From NCBI RefSeq assembly GCF_006345805.1, contig NC_043017.1, forward strand, positions 16,120,001-16,184,000: 64,000 nt of DNA, read 5' to 3'. Of this stretch, positions 52,700 to 64,000 are shown in pieces; within the stretch, counting starts at the first letter, position 1, and each line of letters begins with the position of its first letter. Origin of the DNA: Octopus sinensis. Its lineage: Eukaryota. A program made the position numbers and the translations under genes. The notes beneath the pieces are model-generated. The model was not told where the DNA came from. It saw nothing but the letters and a program-made list of their open reading frames with translations, and did not search any database.

Positions 52700-54502
52700 A
52701 TGTCTCAACCAACTGCTAAGAAGGCAAAACTGAGGAACTACAAAGAAGATTTTATCATGTTTGGTTTTGTATCTGTAGACTCCAAACCTGTGTGTCTTGA
52801 ATGTGATGCCATCATGGCAAATCATTCCACGAAGAAAGTTAAGCTGGAACAGTACCAGAAATTAAGGCATCCATTATCTGTTGGTAAAAGTAGGAAATAT
52901 TTTGAGAATAAAAAGAAAATGCAGCCAATCAAACTACCCGACTTTGTAAAGAAGATGAATATTGAAAAAGCAAAGACATTCAAACCAAGTTATTTGGTCT
53001 CTGAAATTATTGCCAAGGTTACAGCACCTCAGATTTATGGTGAGAAACGTGTCAAGCCTGCCATGATCGCTTGTGCAAATGAGGTTCTGGGAAAAGATGC
53101 TGCATCTACTCTGAGTACAATTCCGTCTAATTTTGTTGAGGAGAAGGTTGTGGAAATTCTCCAAAAGACAAATTTTTCTATCCAGGTTGATTGATAGCAC
53201 AATTCATAACCAAGTTATCCTTCTGGTCTATGTCAAATTCATCCATGAAGATGATATAAGGGAAGAAATGTTATTCATTAAAAGTTTGTCTGAAACAACT
53301 AATGGAGAAGATATATTCAATGAAGTAATGCAGTATTTTAATGATAATAATATTCCTTTGGCAAATCTGATCAATATTGCATCAGATGGAGCTGCAGCCA
53401 TGACTGGAAAAGTGAAAGGCTTTGTTTCTAGAATGAAATCAGTTGCTCCTCACATTTTTTATATACATTGCATTATCTACAGGCAGCATTTGGTTGCTAA
53501 GAATATTGGAGGACAGATGGAAGAAGCACTCAGCACTGCCATACATGCAATTAACTTTGTCAAATCAAACTCAGTGAATAATAGATTTTTAATGCAACTC
53601 TGTGAAGATGAAAATTTAAAAACCCTATTGCTTCACACAGAAGTAAGATGGTTGTCAAAAGGCCTGAGGCTTGAAAGACTAGTGAATTGGTGGGAACCAT
53701 TAATCAACTTTCTCATGTTCAAGAGTCAGATAACTCATTTACAACTCCAAGAAGCAAGCTGATACAGCTACGAAAATTTTGGAAATACTTTCTGAGTTTA
53801 AATCAAAATTATTCTACTTGAGTGAAAATTTTAAAACAGTGAATCTACTTTACTTAGAGCTGCAAGGTAGAAAATCAGATTTGATCACCTGTTCTCAGAA
53901 GATAAAAGGGTATATGGGGAAGTTAAAATTTTGGAAAAAACCGTTTGAAAAAATAACTGGCATCATTTCAAAATTCCAACACCACCGTTCCTACATCAGA
54001 ACGCATGGCTGCATGCATTGCCCATCTTGAAGGTCTTCATGTAAACTTTGAGAGAAGATACAATGATTTATTAAAGATGGATTATCCATTCTGGTTTGTA
54101 GACCTAGAAAATTATGAGCCAGGAGATGGAAATCTTCAGGTGGCTGAAATGTTGTTGGATTTGAAAGAGAATATGAAACTGAGAAGAAGAGTTGAGAAGG
54201 AAGGGGTCTTTGCCTACATATCGATAAAGGGATCACACCCAGATATTTTTCGACATGTAGAAGAAAGCATCATTTCTTTCCCTGCCACATGGATGGTGGA
54301 ATCTGTATTTTCAGCTGTTGTAGAAATTCTAAGCAGAAAAAGAAATAAATTAGATGTCAACAGCAGAGGAACTATCAGACTCAGACTAAATGAGTTCATT
54401 AAAATTGATTATGATATCTTGAGTCAGAATGGATTAAAAAGGAAAGACTTTATGAGAAATGATTTTGATATCTCATGTTTATCTTTGTTTATTAAATTTT
54501 AA
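52700..54502 (+). pseudogene. Buster-type (SCAND3/ZBED8-like) transposase, frameshifted
   Basis: BED-like PVCLEC, FSIQVD, IASDGAAAMTG, HCIIYRQHL, LLLHTEVRWLSKG, FPATWMVESVFS. Confidence 0.92.
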
Positions 54503-55799
54503 ATTTTATCTTTTTTTTGCTAAAATAAATTTCAAAGTGTAAATAGACTATTTTGTATTTTCATTGAATATTTTAGTGTGAAAATAGAACAGCATTAAGT
54601 AGAGATGGTCCCTAGAAACTTTTTCAAGTGTAAAATGGTCCCTGGGCTGAAAAAGGTTGGGAACCACTGCTCTACAACTTTCTCTTTATATATAAAAGAA
54701 ACAATTTCTGCTGCTACGAAATGGATCACAACTGAAGGCATTATTTCAATGCAGACCAACACATGGAATGCAACACCACTTTCTCGTGTGCACATCAATG
54801 GAAAATAAATTCTTCATGAAGGTGCATTGTATCCTTGAGCAAAGCACTATTTCATGGGGATGCAGCTCACTCACCTAGCTGTGGTGTACCTGTAATTCAA
54901 AAGGGGGGGCTAGCCTCGTCATATTCTGTGCCATGCTGAATCTCCCAGACAACTAAGTTAAGGGTACATGCATGTGTGGAGTCTTAAGCCACTTGCACGT
55001 TAATTTCACAAGCAGGCTGTTCTATTGATCGGATCAACTGGAACCCTTGTCGTCGCAACCGATGGAGGACCAGTCAATAATAAAAACCAGTTCTTTGGGA
55101 AGGATTTTTGGTGAGAAATGGCTCATGAAGAAGTCTCCCAGTGGCTAGATTAATTTCTGCTCAAGCATCTTCCTAGTCATTAACGGCTGTTTATGATCAC
55201 AGTCGATCAAACGAAAAGCAGCAATTGACTTGGTTTATTAAATATGAAAGCAATAATTTAGTATTTATATACGAGTTTCTTATATAAACAAACATATACA
55301 TTCACTTGAATACAATCCTTATATAATTGTACAGTAAATATAAACATATAGTACAGTTACACTAAACTAAATATATGGTACAGATATTGATCAGAAATAT
55401 GTGTTAGAGACACGCTGAAACCAGTGAACGAGATATATCGTAATAATCCATTGAAATCATTTTAAGCAAAACTACGAATATAAAAATTAGTGAGAAAAAC
55501 TTGAACAAACTAACGATTCACAAATGCAATAACTTGTAAAATAAAATTTTCCTTAAATTCCATTTAATGTTCATAAATTAAATTCCATTTGATGCTCTCT
55601 CAACATGCTTTGGATCGCCAGGCCTTTACCACGAACTCATCTGATCACTTAATCTAAGCAATAACAGGAAGACTTACAAACGGAATGGCCAGAAGAATCC
55701 TAACATGACACACTCTACAAAATATATTGAGTAAGGCTTCAGCTTTAATGTTAAATTGCTTTATAACAACGTGGACTATAAAGGCGGTGGTGGTGGTAG

Positions 55800-56012
55800 G
55801 GGTCAGGCAGAATCGTTGGCGCCCCAGACAAAATGCTCAGCAGCATTTCATACGCCTTTACGTTCTGAGTTCAAATTCCGACGGAGTCAACTTTGTCTTT
55901 CAACCTTTCGGGGTCGATAAAATAAGTATCATTTTACTGCTGTGGTCAATGTAACCGACATAGCCCCTCCCCTCAGACTGCTGGTCTTGTGCCAAAATTT
56001 GAAACCATTATA
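55800..56012 (+). mobile_element. SINE family A, diverged
   Basis: ttacgttctgagttcaaattcc...ctttcggggtcgataaaataagta. Confidence 0.75.
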
Positions 56013-56057
56013 GCATAACGTAAAACAAGTTTTAATACACGCGCGCGCGCACGGATG

Positions 56058-56094
<37 letters not shown>

Positions 56095-56202
56095 GTATGT
56101 ATTTATGCATATGTGTGTCTGTGACACCGCTTGACAACTTTTATTAAAAAGCAGCAAAAATATTACAGAGTTTCATGTTCCCGTTCGTGGGACATTCTAA
56201 AC

Positions 56203-56248
56203 AAAACTGTCTGACGAACAGGAATGTGAAACTCTGAGTAACAGTTTT
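56203..56248 (+). ncRNA. Canonical-core type I hammerhead in a foldback element (~56140-56276)
   Basis: AAAACTGT-CTGACGA-ACA ggaa TGT-GAAA-CTCTGAG-TA-ACAGTTTT; 8-bp stem I. Confidence 0.88.
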
Positions 56249-56514
56249 TGTGATATTTTTGCTGCTTTTTGATAAACAATATTAATCTACCAAGGTACTC
56301 TTTTTCCCACCTTGTTTCACATTTATGTGCTTACTCTGGTATATATATATATATATATGATGGACCCATCCTCTCCATCATTTCTGAGCTTCTCAGCATT
56401 TGCTATAACGGAACAAGTATGTTTTGGCAATGTTTCAGGCACCGTTACTATAAATAAAATAAAAGCAAAATAAAAATCCTTCCCAAGGCATAGACTTAAA
56501 AGGTTGGTTTTCCG

Positions 56515-56648
56515 CTCTCTGAGGATTTCCGGATTCTTTTGGCATCTATTATTCCTCTCGCCACTGGTTACACTCGTACTTTAACCACTCAACTGCCCCT
56601 GACTCACCCTTTGTCTCTCCCAGCACCTCTTGTCACACTTGCTGCTGA
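56515..56648 (+). mobile_element. CR1/L2-like LINE fragment, inverted relative to 57672-57790
   Basis: attcctctcgc-actggttacactcgtactttaaccac...cttgtcacacttgctgc is shared. Confidence 0.65.
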
Positions 56649-56774
56649 CTTAACAAGGGACATAAATCTTACGTTACTTAACAGTTTCAGAGTTATTCCC
56701 CCTATCTCAAATCTTGTCCCTGTATTTTATTTTCTGAGACGTCAGTATAAATCTTTGTTAAACATTTCACACAC

Positions 56775-57052
56775 TCCATCCATCCACCCATCCATCCACC
56801 CATCCATCCACCCATCCATCCACCCATCCACCCATCCACCCATCCATCCACCCATCCATCCACCCATCCATCCACCCATCCATCCTCCCATCCATCCACC
56901 CATCCATCCACCCATCCATCCACCCATCCATCCACCCATCCATCCACCCATCCACCCATCCACCCATCCATCCACCCACCCATCCATCCACCCATCCATC
57001 CACCCATCCATCCATCCGTCCATCCATCCGTCCATCCATCCATCCATCCACC
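56775..57052. repeat. (CCAT/CCAC)n microsatellite
   Basis: Direct reading. Confidence 0.95.
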
Positions 57053-57077
57053 CGTGTCTGTCTGGGTTCATATTAGC

Positions 57078-57289
57078 TTTTTACTTGTTTCAGTCATTAA
57101 ACTGCAGCTACGCTGGGGCATCGCTTTAAAGAATTTTAGTCGGACAAATGTTTTGTTTTTGTAAAGCCTGGCAGTTATTCCATCGGACTCTAAGGCCGAA
57201 CCGTTAAGTTACAGGAACGTAAACACACCAAAACCAGTTGTCAAGCGGTGTCACAGACACACATATGCATATATACATACATACATACA

Positions 57290-57325
<36 letters not shown>

Positions 57326-57370
57326 TATATATATGACGGGCTTCTTTCGGTTTCCGTCCACCAAATCCAC
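57078..57370 (-). mobile_element. SINE family B
   Basis: gacgggcttctttcggtttccgtccaccaaatccact plus the 3' body. Confidence 0.7.
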
Positions 57371-57514
57371 TGTGTGCGTGTGTGTATGGGTTTAGGGTCT
57401 GTATATAAGTGCGTGTGTGTGTATGGGCATGCGTGTGCATGTATATTTGTAAATGTATGTGTGTGTGTGTGTGTGTGTGTGTCTGTGTGTCTGTGTGCAT
57501 ATATATTTTCGCAC

Positions 57515-58120
57515 TTGCTGAGGTTGAAGGGAGGGACAGTGCCCGTGAACGTGGCATTCCGTCCGAGGATGGAGAGTTTGATGCGGTTATCGTTTTGCAG
57601 GGAAGACATGAACAAGGAGAAAATTCCAGAGGGACGATGTTGTGGTGAGGAAAGACTGGGATTGTGCAGGGAAAGGCATGCTGGACAGGGCAGCAAGTGT
57701 GACAAGAGGTGCTGGGAGAGACGAAGGGCGAGTCAGGGGCAGTTGGGTGGTTAAAGTACGAGTGTAACCAGTTGCGAGAGGAATACGGCCATTGTAGTAG
57801 CTATGGAAGAGAGAGAGAGAGAGAGGGGGGGAGACAGACAGACAGACAGAGAGAAGTTGGGGATAGGAGACACAACAGACGTGTGGACGAGGAGGTCGGG
57901 GTGTGTCCATTAGAGATGGAACGCCAATCAGTCGAGTGGTTCTTCGGTGGATGCAGTGCAGGTTCGCATCGGGCATAGAAGCAGCACCATTTCAGATGCC
58001 AGACCAATATTCTGTTGTGGAATATAAAGGGTTTTAGTAGCTGTTTGGAGTTGAAAACCTTTGCTATAGATGTACTTTCGCCAAGAGAGATCCTCGGTGA
58101 AGGCCAGCATTTGGAGTGAC
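57515..58120 (-). mobile_element. Decayed CR1/L2-like LINE ORF2 C-terminus
   Basis: LHCIHRRTTRLIG.PSL, LSLFHSYYNG, SFLTTTSSLWN.L...VFP. Confidence 0.65.
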
Positions 58121-58192
58121 TGTGAGGGCTGGATTAAGACCCATAGAGGCCCTCACCACTTAAAAGATGTTGGTGGCCCCACATATATATAT

Positions 58193-58294
<102 letters not shown>

Positions 58295-58329
58295 TATATA
58301 ATACTTATTTTAAGCAGCACAGAATTCAA

Positions 58330-58378
58330 CAAAATCTGTTACTCTGAGTTTCTCGTGCCGTTCATCAGACAGTTTTTG
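58330..58378 (-). ncRNA. Type I hammerhead, same family as 56203
   Basis: CAAAAACTGT-CTGATGA-ACGGCACGA-GAAA-CTCAGAG-TA-ACAGATTTTG; an ~80-bp insert in (TA)n. Confidence 0.75.
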
Positions 58379-58389
58379 CTATATATATA

Positions 58390-58433
<44 letters not shown>

Positions 58434-59359
58434 AAACAAGTCAAAAATAGAAAATGCTAAAATAATTTTATAGTGAATCTTTCAGTACCGGTTTCGGTCA
58501 TTTTGAGACCTTTTCAACTGTAACGATTAAATAATTAAATTTAGAAAAATTAGAAGAAAAGTTTTTTTAAAGGAATATTTCTATAGTAGTGTTCAGATAT
58601 AAGTGGCATTCTGCCTTTCTCTGACTCCCTTGTTTGCACTTGTGTGTTCGAGGTCGTTGTGAGTTCTTGGTAGGGTAGGAGAAGAAGAAGGCTGATGTGG
58701 AGAGGGGGTGGGAGTGGGGAAATCTGGGAGTGCCCTGATGGTCGTATTTTGAACTAAAATCTCTCCAACGCTGGGAGAAAAGCGCCATTTGGTTCTCAGA
58801 CTATGAAGCCGTCTTTCAAACAGAGCACGCCTCCAACAACCCTTTCCAGAAAATAAGAAAACCAAAACAACACCCAAACACCGATACACACCTGTCTAAA
58901 AATCGGAACCTTCACTACTTTCAAAAAAAGAATACAGGACCTAACCCTAACTCTGTAAGCAGCCAGCGATACAATATCAGGAATACCCCCACTTCAAGCA
59001 GAGAAAGGATAAATCAACACCCACAGCATAGACACTGCAACCTTATCCCCACCCAAAAGAGTTACCAACGAAATCTCCGTCCCATCAACCGGTTAAACAA
59101 CCATGCACAACAAACCCACACCTCTTACAATGATTACTAACGAAGGCCTCCTGGAACACCACACCCGAATATGGGATATCGGGATGTTCTCCTCAATACT
59201 GCCCCAAGAACACACACCATAAATCACAACAGGAGACCCCACATCAACAAAGAACAACTATATAATAGCTACCGTCCCAACCACTGCATTCATTTTTTAG
59301 ACCCAATACGCAAACACAGAGACACAAGATAGCACCAAACAAGCAGGAGGAACCAAAAG

Positions 59360-61305
59360 TAATAAAAATTATCAATCTAACTCACAAGGAACTAACAGCA
59401 AACCAAATAAACATACTTTCCAAAGGACTCAAGTTTACACCCACCCCACATCACCCCAACTACAACGAAATGAAAGAAGACATCGCAGAATTCTGCAGAA
59501 AATTAAGACTTACTGAGGAGCTATACGATAAATACAACGAGGACGAATCGTTAGCCAGAAATAGGAGTAACTACACCCCTTCGAAAGGTAAGAACAAAAC
59601 ACTTGATGATTTCTGTGACCACATATCTAATTACCCATATCAACATATGCACAAACAAAAATACAAACCAAACTTCAGCAAAAAAGAATGGGCTGAGTTG
59701 AACAAATTAAAACAAGATAAAACAATAACAATCAAAGAGGCCGATAAAGGGAGTGCTGTTGTCTTCATGGATACGACATTTTACATAACTTTGGTACTTT
59801 CTATGCTGGAAGACACAACATACTATGAAAAGGCACAAAACTACAGTCAACAAAAAATAATGAGGGAACTAAAATCCATATTAAACCCATACAAAGCAGG
59901 GCTCACCGACAAAGAATATGATTATATGACCAATTTCACAAGTAAAACCAGCCAATTCTACGGTATACCTAAGATCCACAAAAGTGAACAAATAAGCAAC
60001 GCATGCAAGATAGCTACAGACAAAATAATTAAAGTCCCTAATCCTAATGACCTCAAATTGAGACCCATAATAGCAGGTCCCGCATGCGAAACCCACCGCC
60101 TCAGTAACTTTTTAGACACCCTGTTAAAACCACTCCTCAAACATGTCAAAAGCTATATAAGGGACGACTTAGATATGCTCAATCACCTACCGAATACTAT
60201 AAACAAAAACACCATACTGGTATCCTTCGATGTAGTCAACCTCTACTCCAATATCCCCCACAGAGGCAATCCAATTCTGGCTAGAGAATCACGCCAACGA
60301 ACTACCACACCGCATCAAAAAAGAATTCGTGATAGAAGGGGTTAAATTCATCCTGGAAAATAACTTCTTCGCCTTCAATGACAACTTCTACCGACAAAAA
60401 TCGGGGACTGCGATGGGTACACGAATGGCCCCCTCTTTTGCCAACCTAGTCATAGGATATCTAGAGATCAGTCTGTATCGTAAGGTTCTAGAAAGATATG
60501 GCAGCCCTTTCTCCATCTACATAGAAAACAACTGGAAGAGATATCTAGATGACTGTTTCATTCTTTGGCATAAAAATATAGAAAAACTCATAGAATTCCA
60601 GGAAATTTTAAACGGACTGGACGTAAACAGTCTTCAACACAGAAGCCGACAGTAAAAATCAAAGAAAAACTTACAACCAAAAGCCTTACCATACATCTCC
60701 ACACACAACCCTCTCAATAACGAAGCCTTCGGCACCATCCTCCACAACATACCCCTCCTAAAAAAAGACCACAGAATGAACACAATCCTCCAAACACACA
60801 CGATCATAAAAAGCAAAAGACAGCCTAGATCCATGAAAAGTCTCCTAACACAAGCCCGAATTCACTCTTCAACACAGAAGCCGACAGTAAAAAAAGGTGG
60901 AAGACCCAATTGCGGGATATGCGACTATCTAATTGAGGGATCAGAGTTCTCCTTCAAACAGGGACAACGGTTTACAGTGAAAAGCAACTTCACATGTGCT
61001 TCGGAGAACCTAATATACTCACTAACCTGCTCCGGGTGTCAAGAGCAGTACATAGGCCAAACAAAAAATAGTTTGCGTAAACGAATGGCCCTGCACAGAT
61101 CCCAGATAAAAATTCCCCAAAACAGAAAAAATAGCTTTTAGCCAACACATGGATACTTGCGCCAAAAAAAAAACACCAAGCTTCAGGATTTTCCCCCCTC
61201 TACCAATTTAGGGACGATACAACCTCGAGACAACGAATAAGTAAAGAAAATCTCTTTATTACAAAATACAGGCCACTTCTTAACGGGTCTACGACAAACA
61301 ATTAA
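59360..61305 (+). pseudogene. PLE RT plus GIY-YIG polyprotein, frameshifted, with RT thumb deletion
   Basis: ORFs 59470-60345, 60329-60655 and 60776-61141. Confidence 0.9.
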
Positions 61306-61967
61306 TATACCTCAAACTTAGAATAAAAGAAATATATACACACACAAATATTACATTCCATAGAATCCATTACTAATCAGCCCCATCACAGCTATACTTC
61401 ACCCTTCTCCCTTCTCTGTTTTTTTCTTCCTCTTCTTCTTCTTCATCATCATTATCATCATCATCGTCGTCATCATCATCACCACCATCATCATCATCAT
61501 CATCTTCTCCTTCTCCTTCCTTCTTCTTCTTCTTCTTCTTCTCTTCTTCTTCTTCTTCTTCTTCTTCTTCTTCTTTTCATCATCATATCATCAACATCGT
61601 CATCTTCTTCTTCTTCTTCTACTTCTCCACCTTCTACCCCTTAACCTTGTCACTAATGTATTTTAGTATAACGCCTACGCAAATTCCATAAACAATTCCT
61701 GAATTGGACTGCGACTGCTGGCCGCCACTGACCATTCAAAATACGACCATCAGGGCACTCCCAGATTTCCCCACTCCCACCCCCTCTCCACATCAGCCTT
61801 CTTCTTCTCCTACCCTACCAAGAACTCACAACGACCTCGAACACACAAGTGCAAACAAGGGAGTCAGAGAAAGGCAGAATGCCACTTATATCTGAACACT
61901 ACTATAGAAATATTCCTTTAAAAAAACTTTTCTTCTAATTTTTCTAAATTTAATTATTTAATCGTTA

Positions 61968-62005
61968 CAGTTGAAAAGGTCTCAAAATGACCGAAACCGG
62001 TACTG
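61968..62005 (+). ncRNA. Minimal type I hammerhead with U3-A8 core (mirror copy 58483-58520 on -)
   Basis: CAG-TTGAAAA-GGTC tcaaaat GACC-GAAA-CCGG-TA-CTG in the pLTR. Confidence 0.8.
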
Positions 62006-62112
62006 AAAGATTCACTATAAAATTATTTTAGCATTTTCTATTTTTGACTTGTTTTTTCATATATATCAACTCGTGTGTTCCTTTCCACCCTTATACATAT
62101 ATATATATATAT

Positions 62113-64000
62113 AACGGGAAGCTTTATGAAAATAAACAAAAGACGAAGGCAGGTGGAAAACAAACGAACAATTGTATTAGTATGGCGCTCAGGAAATATA
62201 AATAAAACAAGTCTTTAACGTTTCGAGCCTACACTCTTCAACAGAAAGATACACAGAGAGAGAAAAACACAGAAAGAAGGAGAGAAAAAAAATGCGTGCA
62301 GTAGCTAACGAATCAAACATGGCGATCTGATTTCGGCCAGAGGTCAAAGATCAAACATGAGACGCGAGAGCGAAATAAGGGATAGAGAAAATAGGTTGAT
62401 AAAAGGGTTGAGGGACCAGCTAAAAGTGCGTGGGAGGGGTCTGGATGTGTGTATGTATAGGGTTGGTGTATGTATTAGTATGTATAAGGGTGTGGTGTGT
62501 GTGTGTGTGTGTGTGTATGAGAGAGTATTAGTGCGTAAGATTGGTCTGGACGTGCGTATGTATGGGGTTGGTGTATGTATTAGTATGTATTAGTATGTAT
62601 TAGTACGTATTGGTATGTATAGGTGTGTGTGTGTGTGTGTGAGTGAGAGAGTATAAGTGCGTATGCGGGGTCTGGACGTGTGTATGTATAGGGTTGGTGT
62701 AAGTATTAGTATGTACTAGTATGTATTAGTACGTATTAGTATGTATTAGTTGGTGTGTGTATTAGTATGGCACATCATATGTGATGTGATGTGTAAAGTC
62801 ATGTGGTGTAGTGAGGAGAAGGGGGGAGGGGAGAAGAGGGGGGGAGGAGGGGAGGGGAAGAAGAGGGGGAGGAGAAGGGGGAAGAGGAGACGATGGGGGA
62901 GAAGGAAGGTGAGGAGGGGGATGAAGGAGGAAAGAGGGGAGGGGGAGAGAGGAGAGAGGGGAGAGAGAGAAGGGAGGAGGAGTGAGGGGGACAGAGGGAA
63001 AGGGGAAGAGGGAGGGAGAAAGAGGGAAGAAGGGAAGGGGAGTAGGGGTGAAAGGATGAAGGACTGAAGAAGTAGGGGTCGGGGGGAGAAAGAGGAGAAA
63101 GGATAGGTGAGGAGGGGGGAGAGGGGGGGTTAGATGAGGAGGGGGGGGAGAGTTGAGACCAAATGGCGTATAAGAGCGAAGAGAGAAGATTAATTCCTGT
63201 TCACGGCGCGCAAACGGGAATCCGGATGGCCTCTGTGTAAGGACAAACCGAACACAGATAGGTGTTGCAAGGAGTGACCGGTGGAGCGGAAATGGCGTGA
63301 GACCGCGTGTGTCGTTCGCAAGGTGGATGTCACGAAGGTGTTCCGCGAACCGGTCAGCCAAGCGGCGTCCCGTTTGTCCGATGTACAAGGAATTGCAGAG
63401 AGAGCAAGAGATGCAATAGATAATATTGCTGGAGGTGCAGGTGAAGGAGTGGATGATGGGATAGGGTCGATGGTGGGTGCTAGTGAGGCGGGTGGTGTGT
63501 TGGAGAGGTAAGGGCAAGTGCGGCAACGTGGGCGGGAGCAGGGGAACGAGCCGGTTGGAGGTAGGGTCAGGGAAGGAGCTATGGACCAAAAGGTCTCGAA
63601 GGTTGTGGGCTCGTTTGAAAGAGGGGAGGGGTCGGTTAGGGAAGAGGTGTGAAGTGGACGGGTCGGACTGGAGATGACGGAAAGCTCGAAGAATGGTGCG
63701 TTGGAGACGTAGGGTCGTGGGGAAAAGGGAGGCGGGAGACTACAGGGCGGGTTCGGGGAGAGAGAGCAGATACACGGTCCACGGACCGTGCTCTGGCAAG
63801 GGCGGTGTGGATAGTGGTGAGGGGGTATCCACGTAGGGTGAAGTGGTGAGCCATACGTTGAGACTGTGTCTCAAAGTCATGGTCGTCACTACAGAGCCTA
63901 CGTAGACGGAGGAATTGGGAATAGGGGATGGAAAGCTTGGTGTGTTCTGGGTGGGAGGAAGAGAGTTGAGGTATGAGTGTGAGTCTGTGTGTTTGTAGTG
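62113..64000 (-). mobile_element. Second Neptune-type PLE (RT thumb, linker, GIY-YIG, 3' terminus); runs off the window
   Basis: KLSIPYSQFLRLRRLCS, RGYP, CSRPRCRTC, SSNIIYCISCSLCNSLYIGQTGRRLADRFAEH, PFGLN. Confidence 0.93.
62212..62249 (-). ncRNA. Minimal hammerhead variant (CUGUUGA)
   Basis: TCTTT-CTGTTGA-A-GAG tgtagg CTC-GAAA-CG-TT-AAAGA in the PLE 3' terminus. Confidence 0.7.

Larger units (their letters stand above)
52032..54669 (+). mobile_element. Full-length hAT (Buster/Charlie family) DNA transposon
   Basis: TIRs CAGTGATTCCCAAC / GTTGGGAACCACTG; perfect 8-bp TSD CTCTACAA (52024-31, 54670-77) with central TA. Confidence 0.96.
58430..62058 (+). mobile_element. Penelope-like retroelement (Neptune-type) with 324-bp inverted pLTR
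   Basis: 58430-58753 is the reverse complement of 61735-62058. RT: LSKGLKFTPTP, IKEADKG, FYGIPKIHK, RPII, SFDVVNLYSNI, GTAMG, RYLDD. Cys linker and GIY-YIG (NLIYSLTC..C..QYIGQT). Confidence 0.95.

Overview
Animal genomic DNA, AT-rich and saturated with microsatellites [(TA)n, (CA)n, (CATA)n, (TCTA)n, (AAT)n, (CCA)n], with one 100-N scaffold gap. The SINE and repeat content most resembles an octopus/cephalopod genome (inference). I find no intact host protein-coding gene; almost all track ORFs are translated microsatellites. The real coding remnants belong to decayed transposons: an RTE LINE, two R4/Dong-like REL-endonuclease LINE ends, an L1/Tx1-like end, a CR1/L2-like end, four or five Penelope-like elements (PLEs), two mariner copies, a Tc1/mariner foldback MITE, and a full-length Buster-type hAT with a perfect 8-bp TSD. 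The main hidden signal is non-coding: about 20 type I hammerhead ribozyme (HHR) motifs, read by eye on both strands. They include recurrent core variants (U3-A8 covariation, U4C, A6U), palindromic stem III, and 50-90 nt stem II insertions. They sit in PLE termini, in ~480-510 bp partial tandems (retrozyme-like), and in foldback insertions that pivot immediately upstream of the HHR. All structures were read manually, boundaries are approximate, and no database search was run.
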